Assembly (NCBI GenBank): GCA_950097015.1
Contig: CATNEN010000001.1
Coordinates: forward strand, 15,934,001-15,998,000
Direction: 5' to 3'
DNA length: 64,000 nucleotides
From: Macrostomum hystrix
Taxonomy: Eukaryota > Animalia > Platyhelminthes
Every line of letters starts with the position of its first letter. Position 1 is the stretch's first letter. Of the stretch, positions 12,927-24,969 are shown one piece after another. A program made the translations under genes and the position numbers. The notes beneath the pieces are model-generated. The model was not told the origin of the DNA and searched no databases. It worked only from the letters and a program-made list of their open reading frames with translations.

Positions 12927-14000
12927 AGTGCGTCGCGCTCCGGTAATCCGTTCAAAAGTTACAGGCTAAAAAGTATGTTCGATATGCAAGCCCCCCGTAC
13001 CGTCGTTAAAGTACATTTCTGTACCGGCAGCGACTTCAATAAACTAAGACGAAATTTCAAGATATACATATTGTGCGAAATTTAGTTGTGCACCTTGTCT
13101 AAAAAGTCTGATTTTCCTAGCATGTCGTCGTTGCTTATTTTTTGTACATTTGTATCATGAAAAATGCATAAAAATAGCCTAAATCACGTTTATCGACTTT
13201 AGCAGTGTATGGCTCAGAGTCAGTGGAACGAAACGGCTCAAAATGTATTATAAACATGTAGATCTTACCTAAATGACCACATTCATGTACTTTTTAGAGC
13301 CTCGCAACAAGGTTGAATTTCCTTTATTTCGGTTCGAATACCTACCCGTCGAATATTCGAATGTAATTAACAGGTGCGAATGTACAGTTAAAGTGAGTAT
13401 CTTGGTTAAAGTCGTGCGTCATGTAAGAGTCCCAGGTGCCATCGTTAGAATGACGCAGCTCAAAGGTCGCGCTGACGCGCGACCTTTGAGCTGCGTCAGT
13501 TGAAAGTTAAAAAAAATGTGCATTTTTTGACACTTAAAAAACACACTTTTACAGAATTACCTATCAAGGTAAGCATTTAGCGGAAAATAACCAATCAGTG
13601 TCTTGAAGGTCTAAAAATTCGCCAAAAGTTGGGTTCAATCAATTTTTGACTCCATATTGTGAATCCTTATTTTTTAAGATTCAAGATTTCGATGGGTCCA
13701 AAAAAATTCACTTTTTTGTTGCCATGGCAACCAAGACGCGTTGCTATGGAACTTTCACGTCACTCATCTTGTAGCCCTAAATGTTTTACGTCCATAGAGG
13801 GGTCACACATGGTTTCATCTCAAGTGGTTTTAATTCTGCATCAATTTTAGTTTCTAAAACGTTGATTTTACGTTGGGGGAGTCTCCGGGCAATCTTATAT
13901 CGGTCTCGTTTGTCCGAAAAAATTGCCAACGAGGAGCTACGCTCGCTTCGCTCGCTTCGCTCCTCGTTGGCAATTTTTCCGGACTGCACTTCGACCTAAC

Positions 14001-14532
14001 TAGAGGGCAGGGTATCTAGGAGGATTGGACAGCTAGCGGGCAGGATAGCTGGCTAGGACTGGACAGCTGGGGGGCAAGATTGCTAGCTAGGACTGGCCAG
14101 CTAGGGGGCAGGATAGCTAGCTAGGACTGGCCAGCTGGGGGGCAGGATAGCTAGCTAGGACTGGCCAGCTGGGACGGCAAGATTGCTAGCTAGGACTGGA
14201 CAGCTAGGGGGGCAGGATAGCTAGGAGGACTGGAGGGCAGGGCAGCTAGGAGGACTGGACAGCTAGGGGGCAGGATAGCTAGCTAGGACTGGCCAGCTGG
14301 GGGGCAAGATCGCTAGCTAGGACTGCAGGTCAGCTAGGGGGCGGGATAGCTAGGACTGGAATGCTACCTAAGGGGGGCAGGATAGCTAGAAGTACTAGAG
14401 GGCAGGATAGCTAGCAGGATTGGAGAGATTGGGGGCAGGATAGCTAGCTAGCTAGCAGGATAGCTAGCTAGGACTGGACAGCCAGGGGGTGGGATAGCTC
14501 GGACTAGAAAGCTACTTAGGGGGGGCAGGATT
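14001..14532. repeat. Degenerate G-rich minisatellite (GGGGGCAGGATAGCTAGCTAGGACTGGCCAGCT)n
   Basis: Visible array. A solitary related unit lies at about 8182-8209. Confidence 0.85.
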
Positions 14533-15381
14533 GATCTCGGGTGACGAGAGATATTTTAAGCTTTTTCCCCGTCTAGACCTCTGCCGTTGGGTGACTTTTG
14601 ACAGTATAAGGATGTTTAAAATTAGATCAGAATTATTAAAAAATTATTAAAAAATCAGAACAATACATTTACATTCAGTTGTGTAGTTGCTGTTTGAATT
14701 TAGAAACATCGAAAAAATGTTTTCACATAACGTGCCTTAAAGTCGACTTGTCACGTCGTTATACTTTTTTAATTTCGATCTTTGTGCCGAATTTCTTAAC
14801 GTAAAAATAAATTTTAACATTTTAAGTCTTAATGAATAACTTTTGTTTATATTTATTGCTTTTAGTGATAATTATATAAGCCTAACTGTTTGTTAGTCCA
14901 TGTGCTCAGAACACGTTTTTAAACACGTTTTGCTTTCTTCGAAACGCAAAGAAAATATAACATCGTCATGTACAGTGCCTTAATAAACTCTATGTTTTAT
15001 TATACATAGACACTACTGACTGATAGTTTGTAAATAATTGTTCTTAAATAGCAATATTTTTGTCTAGCGTTTTTATAGAGAATTGGTCTATAGCAAATAA
15101 CTAATTTGTTTTCACAATATTATCCTGTTACTTTACTTTACGAAGTTTAGTTATCTAGATAAGCTAGCTACATTACTACAAAGTCTTTAAATTCAGACAT
15201 TGAAGCAATGCTTAGTCCTATTGATGCCTACAAATATATTGTTTTGTTGAATGCAATTTTTTTGAAGGCACTGACTTTTTGTGACATATTTGATTTTACT
15301 TTGTTCAATTTATTTTCATAGGCCTAATATTAATAATAATCCTATGCCTAAGTTTATACTTAAGAAAGCATAGTTTTTTTA

Positions 15382-16037
15382 AAGGCAGAGCTTATTCCCA
15401 CGGTCCCGTGCCGATAATTTCAATTTTATCCACACGGCAGCTTGTATAAATAGGTCTACAACTCTTTATATATGCCATGCCGTTAATTTCAATTTTATCC
15501 ACACGGTTCTGTTCTTTGAAACGAGGCCCTTTCAGATTTGAACGTTTTGTTGAACCCTCGAGCCAATAGATCGACAAAGTTGCCAGTGTGTTACGACAGT
15601 GTTCTACATTTCAACCTACACATTAATTAACTGACATTAATGTCATCTTTTTTAATTATTTTAATAGCAACTTACTAAATCTTTTGTCATCGTTACGTGT
15701 TTTCATTCGAATTGTATTGACTTAAAGAGTAAAAAGTCTATCAAAGAAAATCATACGAGTCAACCAGCAGAATTCTAGTCAGCACCAAACTCGTCACACA
15801 TTAGGCCCTACACATCATTGTTATTCTTTTACACTATTCATTGATAGTGTACACTATACACTATACTCTGAAGCAAAAGCCTTATGCTCAGAGAAGAATT
15901 AGAATAGGTACATAGGGACTTGAAAGTAGACCTATTCATACAAGCTGCCGTGTGGATAAGCAGAAAATTATCGGCACGGATCCGTGTGGTTAAAATTGAA
16001 ATTATCGGAATGGGACCGTGGGAATAAGCACTTCCTT
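15382..16037. mobile_element. MITE with imperfect TIRs of about 50 bp
   Basis: CTTATTCCCACGGTCCCGTGCCGATAATTTCAATTTTATCCACACGG (15391-) is the inverse of 15981-16028. Exact ends and TSD are uncertain because the flanks are T/A-rich. Confidence 0.75.
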
Positions 16038-16165
16038 TTTTAAACATGCATCTACCTAACATGTGTTGGCCTAATGTGTTTAATAATGGGGGCTTTGTGA
16101 ATTTACAACCTATAAAATAGTTCCAGTTTTAGTGAGATAGTAGGCTCATAGTCATATCATAAGGC

Positions 16166-17768
16166 AGCATTCTTTTTAAATCATTCGTTAAACTGTTTTT
16201 CTGAAAAGTTTAGTTTCAAATCAATGCAACAACTCAGAATTTGAATTGCATTGATTGAATTTCTTGGTACTTAACAAACTGGGGCTGCTTCCAGGGTTCT
16301 GGGGAACTTGCAAATGTTCAAAGTGGGCGAAGATAAAAGCAAAATGTTTGACATGCTTGGCATTGCTTATGGCCAAAAGGGATGAGCTGGTTAGTGGGAG
16401 GGGAAGTATTGGCACATCTTCTGCATTCTAACACACACTTAAGGTCTATTAACACCATACCAGGAGACCATGTGGCATCACCTTCATTTATTGTGGATCC
16501 AAACTCCCTTATTATTAACCCTGCTGAATTTTGACACATGATCCTGTAGAATTTGGACATGAGATTTGACACTCTTCATACAGTGGTGCAACCAGGTTTT
16601 GCCTTAGGGGGGCAGTCTAAATCAAAGCATCTTGGCTTGCTCTTTGCGTACATTGCCCCGCGGGCCGAAGGGGGGCTGGCCACCAGGTGGAGTGCACTCT
16701 GTTTTGCGGTTTTTTCCTACCATTCCTGGGCCAATTTCAAGGGCCGGTAGGGTAGGGCAGGGCCCAGACAATTTAAAAGGTTTAAAAAATCAGAACATAT
16801 GCACAATTATAATGAAAGCTTGAAAATTAATCTATGACCAATTGTCTTGGACTTGGTCTTTGGTCTATGTACGTTGGACTTGGGGGACGGAATGAGATAG
16901 GGTAATGTATCATCAACCAAACAAGAATGTGTAGTTTTTTAACTTCAAACCTAAGCTACAGATTTTCTATTTAAGATATGATGATAAATCAAAAGCCAAG
17001 TTATAGAAAACAGTTACATCTTTCTAAAAAGTATCTGCTTTTGCTATTTTGACAAATAGAAAAAATGTTATTCCTGCTTTTTATCTAAAACCGAACAATG
17101 ATTTTCATGTATCTTCAAACCAAACAGGGAATTTGATGTTTGGTTTTACTATTTGAGTGAGTGGTTTAATCTTATTTTTAAGGAGTGAACTATCATGAAT
17201 TATGTCATTTGAAAGCATTTTTCATGCTCTATAAATAACTACATTTATGGTCATTTAATTGGCAAGCAACCGCATACAATCTTCGTCTAAAGTACATACT
17301 GAAAAAATGTTGTTAAAAAGTATGCTTTTGCAATAAAAATTTCTACTGAAACATCAATATCTTTTTTTCCTCTTAATGCTTCATTGCACATCATGCCTCA
17401 GCTTGTAGATAATTTCTTCAACTTTCAAATTAGTTGTTCTGTGAAAAACAATAGCTTGTTTCTATCTTGCACGAGACCAAGGAAGGAGTCAAAATTCTTG
17501 TTTGGTTTTGAAGATACACTGTTCGGTTGATGATACATTACCCTAAGGTAATAAATTAAGAAGCGTCTTGGCTTGCCTTTTGCATACATTGCCCTGCTGG
17601 CCAAAAGGGGGGTAGCCACCACCCCCGCCCCCCTGGTTGTGCCACTGTCTTCATATCATTTTTTCAATTGTTTCCCATTGGTTCAAAAAAATTTCCCAAA
17701 TTTTTTTTATCAATTTGAAATAAAACTATTTAGAAAAACTTTTTAACAAATGATTCGAAAAGAATGCT
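16166..17768. mobile_element. Degenerate DNA transposon with about 58-bp TIRs and an 8-bp TSD (possibly Merlin-like)
   Basis: TIR AGCATTCTTTT...TTTCAAAT at both ends. TSD CATAAGGC at 16158-16165 and 17769-17776. Confidence 0.7.
16581..17647. mobile_element. Non-autonomous hAT element nested in the previous element
   Basis: TIRs CAGTGGTGCAACCAGG / CCTGGTTGTGCCACTG. Perfect 8-bp TSD TCTTCATA at 16573-16580 and 17648-17655. Confidence 0.85.
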
Positions 17769-18231
17769 CATAAGGCTCATAGTTAGGAACAAATATATAA
17801 TTTCTGGCTAATTCAATTTAATTTGAATATGAAGTGCAACTGAGTCAAACACCAAATATTTTGGATACCCAAAATAAACTAACTACCAACTTTTTGTAGT
17901 ATGCTGGATTTTTTTATTTGTCATTCATAAGTCATAAGTTTGTTTGTAAGAGAAGCAAGCCCAGCCACAACCAACCAGAACTGTCTAACAAAAGAGAAGA
18001 ACAAGTGGCACTAGGCCAGCCAATAGCAAGCCTCTAATTGACCAGCTCTATAAGTAGCTTAGAGTTAGATTCTTACTATAGTTAGCTAAGTGCCAAGCCA
18101 GGTGCAAAAATTCAGTTAATCAAATAGTAAGGGCAGTTTTGATGATTGGAACTATTGAAGTCTGTAGTAAAGCACAAAATTTTATCATTTTGAAAGATAA
18201 ATTCGCATTTTGAAAAAGAGTATTGAAAGTA

Positions 18232-18545
18232 TTGAGAGGTTGTAGCTTAGTGGTTAGGGTGTCCGACTCACAACTTGAAGGTCGGGGGTTCGATTCCTGA
18301 CTCAACTGAAACAATTTGTGTCCTTTAGCAAGACACTTAACTCTGCATTGCTTCAGTTCACCCAGATGTTAAATGGGTACCAGCATCAGCTGGGATAATT
18401 GAAGGTGGGTGTGACGTCCCCCCAGTCCATGGGCTGAACAGCTGTACTCAGTCTTCAGATGCACTGAGCAATGGCTGCGGCTGTGCTGTCGGCTGCACAT
18501 CTGGCCCAATTGGGGCAGGTGTAATCAATTATTATTATTTTTTAT
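18232..18545 (+). mobile_element. tRNA-derived SINE (family A), full length
   Basis: A box TAGCTTAGTGG, B box GGTTCGATTCC, body motif GTGTCCTT..GCAAGACACTT...AAATGGGTACC, (TTA)-rich tail, TSD TATTGAAAGTA (18221-18231 and 18546-18556). Confidence 0.85.
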
Positions 18546-19246
18546 TATTGAAAGTAAGCAGGGTCTATGGTTTTGTGGTGTGATTTATGGTTTATGCACA
18601 TTGGACAGCAATTATAACTAAGACTTCTTCCCCCTGCTATAGCTTAGCACAGACTAAAATTTCTATGAAATTTGCTAAATCTTCAAATGCCAGTTTGCTC
18701 ACTTTTCTAGGGACTAGGTTTTTGCATATTAGTTGTACGTTCACACAAATTATTACTTTTGTGCTCAGTCCTGGAAAATCAAAAATATGTGAAACTTTTG
18801 ATAATTAACAAGTAGTTAATAAGATCTTTGCTTTGATTATGTGCTATGAAAATTATGTTGTATACAAATTAGAAGAAGTTAAAAAAATCCTTGCTATAAT
18901 ATCAGCATGTCGATAAAATATTCAGGTACCTTATTAAAACTGGACTTGGTAAATTTTGTCTTATTTATTCATGTTTTTTTCAATCCTGATCTTTGCCTAG
19001 TCCAAGTGTAAAATCTAGATTTCCATGTTTTGGATTAATTGACTTAAGACAAGATATTTTGCCTATTGAATACAAAGTCTAACATAATTAAACTACATTC
19101 CAGATAATGCATTCTTGACACATTTGAAGCAAATATGTTTCTACTGCTTTTCCATCTGCCATTTGATAAAATCTTCCATTGATCGTCTCAGGGTTTGTTA
19201 ATTGCCAATCACTCAATAACAGGTGTAGCTCAAGTACATCAATTGA

Positions 19247-19525
19247 ATGTCTGTAGTAAAATTTCTGCAACAGAGCTTTGGCTGTGCTAGCGGCAATGAC
19301 AGAAGCAGCGAAAGAAAAGTCGGCAGCAGCAGCGGCAGCTACTCGGTGGCTAGAAATGAAGCAGTGCTGGGCATCGACAGGCAGGCGCAGCAAATTTCTA
19401 CAAATCGATTTCAGCTGCAATCACTGCTCAGACACCAATCTGGGCATCATCTGCAGCAGCAGTCATATTTGTTGCGATGCTGTGTCACTTTTCTCGACGA
19501 TACAACAGCAGTGTTTGCCTTTGAG
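19247..19525 (+). CDS. PTPN4: FERM-PDZ-PTP tyrosine phosphatase (PTPN3/PTPN4 family), first coding exon
   Basis: SGSYSVARNE resembles the PTPN3/4 N-terminal motif. CCVTFLDDTTAVF is the first FERM strand. Donor gt at 19526. Confidence 0.75.
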
Positions 19526-19554
19526 GTAAAAAAATTTTTCGCACAGTTTTAGTC

Positions 19555-19735
19555 TGACGTAAAGGTCAGGGGTTCGATTCCCGACTCCACTGGTATAATT
19601 TGGGTCCTTTAAAATAAAAAAGCTATAAAATGGGAACCAGCATCAGCATAACTTTACAATGTAGGTATTTGTTTCTTTCGATCCATTTCTTGTCCATGGA
19701 CTGAACAGCTGTACGCAGCCTTCAGAAACACCGAG
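19555..19735 (+). mobile_element. Degenerate SINE family A copy in intron 1
   Basis: GGGGTTCGATTCC, AAATGGGAACCAGCATCAGC and GTCCATGGACTGAACAGCTGTACGCAGCCTTCAGA match 18232-18545. Confidence 0.7.
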
Positions 19736-19944
19736 AAAAAAGGTGCTAAAGATGGATTTTTTAATGCAAAAGCTGATTTACTCCTGAACTAGTAGTGTCG
19801 GCGCGAGCATTCTGTTTGATGGCAAAGGTTTAAGGAACTGCCAGTAAAATTGTTCAAGCAATCTTTTGGGAATTCTTGCCAGAAGATAACATCTTCTGTC
19901 CAAGTCTATCCGTAAATCCTTCTGTGCGACGCTGTGTGTTTTAG

Positions 19945-20049
19945 AGTGACGCCGTCGGCTATTCCCTTCTAGCCAACGTGTTCGACTATCTGGGCCTTCT
20001 AGAGCGAGACTATTTTGGACTGCAGTACACTGACGAGCGAGGCATTGCT
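19945..20049 (+). CDS. PTPN4: PTPN3/4-like exon (FERM N-lobe)
   Basis: ttttag|SDAVGYSLLANVFDYLGLLERDYFGLQYTDERGIA|gtgagc, containing the FERM ExDYFGL motif. Confidence 0.85.
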
Positions 20050-20212
20050 GTGAGCCTATTCCCATTGTTTGGAATTGCTATTAATACACTTGAACTTAAC
20101 TTAGATTTACAAATCTAGGATCTAAAATAGGTAAAATCCTCAAATGGATATTTAAGATAAGCAAAATACCCCAATAAGGGATAAGATAGCAAATATCTAA
20201 TAGGATCTAAGA

Positions 20213-21260
20213 TTGTCAAACCCCCTTAATTGTGTTCTAAGAATTACAAAATCCTCTAATTATGTTCTAATAATGACAAAGTCCTCTAATTGTGTTCTAA
20301 GAATGACAAAGTCCTCTAATTGTGTTCTAAGAATTACAAAATCCTCTAATTGTGTTCTAAGAATTACAAAATCCTCTAATTATGTTCTAATAATGACAAA
20401 GTCCTCTAATTGTGTTCTAAGAATGACAAAGTCCTCTAATTGTGTTCTAAGAATTACAAAATCCTCTAATTGTGTTCTAAGAATTACAAAATCCTCTAAT
20501 TGTGTTCTAAGAATGACAAAATCCTCTAATTGTGTTCTAAGAATTACAAAATCCTCTAATTGTGTTCTAAGAATTACAAAATCCTCTAATTGTGTTCTAA
20601 GAATGACAAAATCCTCTAATTGGGGTTTAAGATTGACAAAATCCTCTAATTGGGGTTTAAGATTGACAAAATCCTCTAATTGGGGTTTAAGATTGACAAA
20701 ATCCTCTAATTGGGGTTTAAGATTGACAAAATCCTCTAATTGGGGTTTAAGATTGACAAAATCCTCTAATTGGGGTTTAAGATTGACAAAATCCTCTAAT
20801 TGGGGTTTAAGATTGACAAAATCCTCTAATTGGGGTTTAAGATTGACAAAATCCTCTAATTGGGGTTTAAGATTGACAAAATCCTCTAATTGGGGTTTAA
20901 GATTGACAAAATCCTCTAATTGGGGTTTGAGACTGACAAAATCCTCTAATTGGGGTTTAAGATTGATAAAACCCAATTGATTAATTGGGATCTAATAATG
21001 ACAAAATCCTCTTATTGAGATCTAAGAAGAACAAAATCCTCTAATTGTGATTTAAGATCGACAAAATCCTCTTAAAGGGGTCTGAGAATGATAAAATCCT
21101 CTAATTGGGATCTGAGAATGGCAAACTCCTCTAATTGGGGTCTGAGAATGATAAAATCCTCTAATTGAGGTCTGAGAACGGCAAAATCCTCTAATAGGGG
21201 TCTAAGATTACCCTAACTGGGGTATATTATTTGCGAAATCCCCTAATTGGGGTTTATGAT
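20213..21260. repeat. 30-bp minisatellite with two homogeneous variant blocks and a degenerate tail
   Basis: AAATCCTCTAATTGTGTTCTAAGAATTACA switches to AAATCCTCTAATTGGGGTTTAAGATTGACA at about 20620. Confidence 0.95.
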
Positions 21261-21930
21261 TAGTAAAAATCTCCTAAATTGTATCTACGACAGACTAAAT
21301 CGTCTAATCTGGATTTAAAACAGACTAAATAGGATCTATATAATCTACTAAATCCTATAATTGTTACTTTAAGCCTTCCTGATACTCAGATTTTGGATCT
21401 TAGGAGCGACTACTAGCATTACAAACGCCTATTGCTAACTTTTCAGCTTCGCTTTGAGATTTCAAACATTTTTTCCGCGTTCATTCTCTTCGGAGCTTTG
21501 CTAGATCCCCTTTTTGGGATCCTTAAAGTAAAAAAGTAGGGCGTTTCCCATTGGTATATTTCAGAGTTCTTTCAAAGCGCAGCTTCGGGTCACAATCAGT
21601 CGAAATCAGCAGATGTTGATTAACATCCTCATGCTTGCCTTGGGGTTTTAAAGCTGGTGTAGGGGGGATTTCGTGCTGAGCATGCAAATCAACTGTTGGA
21701 GGAAAAATTTGTAGTTTTTCTTGGTTGAAACTGCCAATCAAGTCGGGGTTATTAATGTGTAGCTACTTGTATGAAATCACTGCGAATTCACTGCGAATTT
21801 AAACATATATTAACTCAGTGCGAAACTACGCAGTTGATAAGATTTCATCTCTAATTATTGTCGTACAGTTCCTTGCCAGCAGTTTCTACTTGTATGTTCT
21901 ACTCTACTTGTTTTGCTAATTTCTCCCATC

Positions 21931-22913
21931 AGCTTCTAAATTATCCCCTAAGTTTCTAAATTATCCCCTCATTTTCTAAATTATCCCCGCAGTTTCTAAA
22001 TTATCCCCTAAGTTTCTAAATTATCCCCTCATTTTCTAAATTATTCCCTCATTTTCTAAATTATTCCCTCATTTTCTAAATTATCCACGCAGTTTCTAAA
22101 TTATCCCCGAAGTTTCTAAATTATCCCCGCAGTTTCTAAATTATCCCAAGCAGTTTCTAAATTATCCCCGCAGTTTCTAAATTATCCCATTCAGTTTCTA
22201 AATTATCCCCGCAGTTTCTAAATTATCCCCGCAGTTTCTAAATTATCCCCAGCGGTTTCTAAATTATCCCATTCTGTTTTTTAATTATCCCCACAGTTTC
22301 TAAATTATCCCCGAAGTTTCTAAATTATCCCCGAAATTTCTAAATTATCCCAAGCAGTTTCTAAATTATCCACGCGGTTTCTAAATTATCCCATTCAGTT
22401 TTTAATTATCCCCACAGTTTCTAAATTATCCCCGAAGTTTCTAAATTATCCCCGCAGTTTCTAAATTATCCCAAGCAGTTTCTAAATTATCCCCGCAGTT
22501 TCTAAATTATCCCCGAAGTTTCTAAATTATCCCCGCAGTTTCTAAATTATCCCCGCAGTTTCTAAATTATCCCCAGCGGTTTCTAAATTATCCCATTCTG
22601 TTTTTTAATTATCCCCACAGTTTCTAAATTATCCCCGAAGTTTCTAAATTATCCCCGAAATTTCTAAATTATCCCAAGCAGTTTCTAAATTATCCACGCG
22701 GTTTCTAAATTATCCCATTCAGTTTTTAATTATCCCCACAGTTTCTAAATTATCCCCGAAGTTTCTAAATTATCCCCGAAGTTTCTAAATTATCCCCGAA
22801 GTTTATAAATTATCCCAAGCAGTTTCTAAATTATCCTCAGCAGTTTCCAAAATTATCCCATTCAGTTTTTAATTATCCCCACAGTTTCTAAATTATCCCA
22901 TTCAGTTTCTAAA
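21931..22913. repeat. 20/21-bp minisatellite (GTTTCTAAATTATCCCCGCA)n
   Basis: Visible tandem array in PTP intron 2. Confidence 0.95.
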
Positions 22914-23413
22914 CGTTTTTCGTTTTTAGAAAGAATGGTAAAAAGGACGCCTGTCGATCTCAAAAGTGATCTACAATTCTTAGAAAATTACTCATCTATT
23001 TTAAGAATATATAAAGCATTCTCTTCCTGCTCAATCCTCATTGAGAGCTCATCTCCATCGGTGGGAGGCTGACTCAGCCTCTAATTACTTGCGCATAATC
23101 GTTAACTAACGCAAAACTTTCCCTATTCATTAGTGTATAATTTTAGGCAGAATAGACCACTAAATGAACAGAAATTCACTGCGAATTTAAACTTACTATA
23201 TTAACTGAGTGCGAAACTACGCAGTTGATAAGATTTCATCTCTAATTTTTGTCGTACAGTTCCTTGCCAGCATTCAATTTATTTAGCCAAGAATTATGAA
23301 AAAGTAAAATTTGCGCTTCAGTTTAGTTTCTTTGCACTCAACATTTCTCACATGATTACACAAACTTTGTCTGTCTCTTTTCGTCAATTTCATTAATCTT
23401 CTCTCTTTCGCAG

Positions 23414-23459
23414 CACTGGATTGACGCGCGAAAATCTTTGCGAAAACAACTGAAACATG
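23414..23459 (+). CDS. PTPN4: PTPN3/4-like exon (FERM)
   Basis: ttcgcag|HWIDARKSLRKQLKH|gtgagt, the FERM WxDxxKxxxKQ motif. Confidence 0.85.
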
Positions 23460-23538
23460 GTGAGTTATTTTTGTGATAATAGCTTTTCTTTACTGGGATT
23501 GCCACAATCCCTGGTCCCTCAAATGTCCCAGCCACAAG

Positions 23539-24389
23539 CCCAGATCCTCAAATTGTATCAGCTGGAATCCCAGATCCTCAAATTGTATCAGCTGGAATCC
23601 CAGATCCTCAAATTGTATCAGCTGGAATCCCAGATCCTCAAATTGTATCAGCTGGAATCCCAGATCCTCAAATTGTATCAGCTGGAATCCCAGATCCTCA
23701 AATTGTATCATCTGGAATCCCAGATCCTCAAATTGTATCAGTTGGAATCCCAGATCCTCAAATTGTATCAGCTGGAATGCCAGATCCTCAAATTGTATCA
23801 GCTGGAATCCCAGATCCTCAAATTGTATCAGCTGGAATCCCAGATCCTCAAATTGTATCAGCTGGAATCCCAGATCCTCAAATTGTATCAGCTGGAATGC
23901 CAGATCCTCAAATTGTATCAGCTGGAATCCCAGATCCTCAAATTGTATCAGCTGGAATCCCAGATCCTCAAATTGTATCAGCTGGAATCCCAGATCCTCA
24001 AATTGTATCATCTGGAATCCCAGATCCTCAAATTGTATCAGCTGGAATCCCAGATCCTCAAATTGTATCAGCTGGAATCCCAGATCCTCAAATTGTATCA
24101 GCTGGAATGCCAGATCCTCAAATTGTATCAGCTGGAATCCCAGATCCTTAAATTGTATCAGCTGGAATGCCAGATCCTCAAATTGTATCAGCTGGAATGC
24201 CAGATCCTCAAATTGTATCAGCTGGAATCCCAGATCCTCAAATTGTATCAGCTGGAATCCCAGATCCTCAAATTGTATCAGCTGGAATCCCAGATCCTTA
24301 AATTGTATCAGCTGGAATGCCAGATCCTCAAATTGTATCAGCTGGAATCCCAGATCCTCAAATTGTATCAGCTGGAATCCCAGATCCTG
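23539..24389. repeat. 30-bp minisatellite (CAGATCCTCAAATTGTATCAGCTGGAATCC)n, about 28 copies
   Basis: Fills most of the intron 23460-24413. Confidence 0.95.
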
Positions 24390-24413
24390 AAACTCCGCCA
24401 AACCCATCCACAG

Positions 24414-24795
24414 TGCTGTCGCGCTTCTCTCTTCACTTTGGCGTTCGTTTCTACGCGTCGGACCCGTCCTGCCTAGTGGAAGAGTACACCCGCTATCAGC
24501 TGTTTCTACAGTTGAGACGAGACCTAACCTCTGGCCGTTTGGCTTGTCAACCGGAGATTGCCGCATTGTTGATCAGCTACGCTCTGCAATCTGATCTGGG
24601 TGATTGTCGGCTGCCAACAGACAACTCTTGCAGTGCCAACGAAACGAAACACAATGAGCGATGTAGATCGGTGGCGCAGATTTATCAGAATCAGTGCGAC
24701 TGTTTGAAATCTTGCCAACGGTTGAAACTGGCCAGCGTGCTCGGTCAAGGTGTCGATCTGGAGCAGCGCGCCTCTCAACTGCACGCTAATCACAG
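24414..24795 (+). CDS. PTPN4: PTPN3/4-like exon (FERM central lobe)
   Basis: LHFGVRFYASDPSCLVEEYTRYQLFLQLRRDLTSGRLAC...ALQSDLGD. Phase-1 acceptor ccacag; donor gt at 24796. Confidence 0.9.
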
Positions 24796-24881
24796 GTTCG
24801 CATATTCAAATTGCACTACTTATTTAGTAGCGATATGCGATCATTTACTTCCAAATTTATCCAATCATTTATTTGTTACAG

Positions 24882-24969
24882 AGGCCTAACTCCGGCGTGC
24901 GCCGAATTGAGTTTTCTACACACAGCTAGACAGTTGGACAACTATGGCTGTATTATGTTTCCAGTGTTG
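24882..24969 (+). CDS. PTPN4: PTPN3/4-like exon (FERM)
   Basis: ttacag|RGLTPACAELSFLHTARQLDNYG...|gtaaga. Confidence 0.9.

Noticed and set aside
18236-18310. Bona fide tRNA gene
   Set aside because: No good acceptor stem. It continues into a SINE body with a tail and TSD, and further decayed copies are present.
20213-24566. Long ORFs over the 30-bp arrays
   Set aside because: Intronic satellites of the PTP gene, open on both strands.
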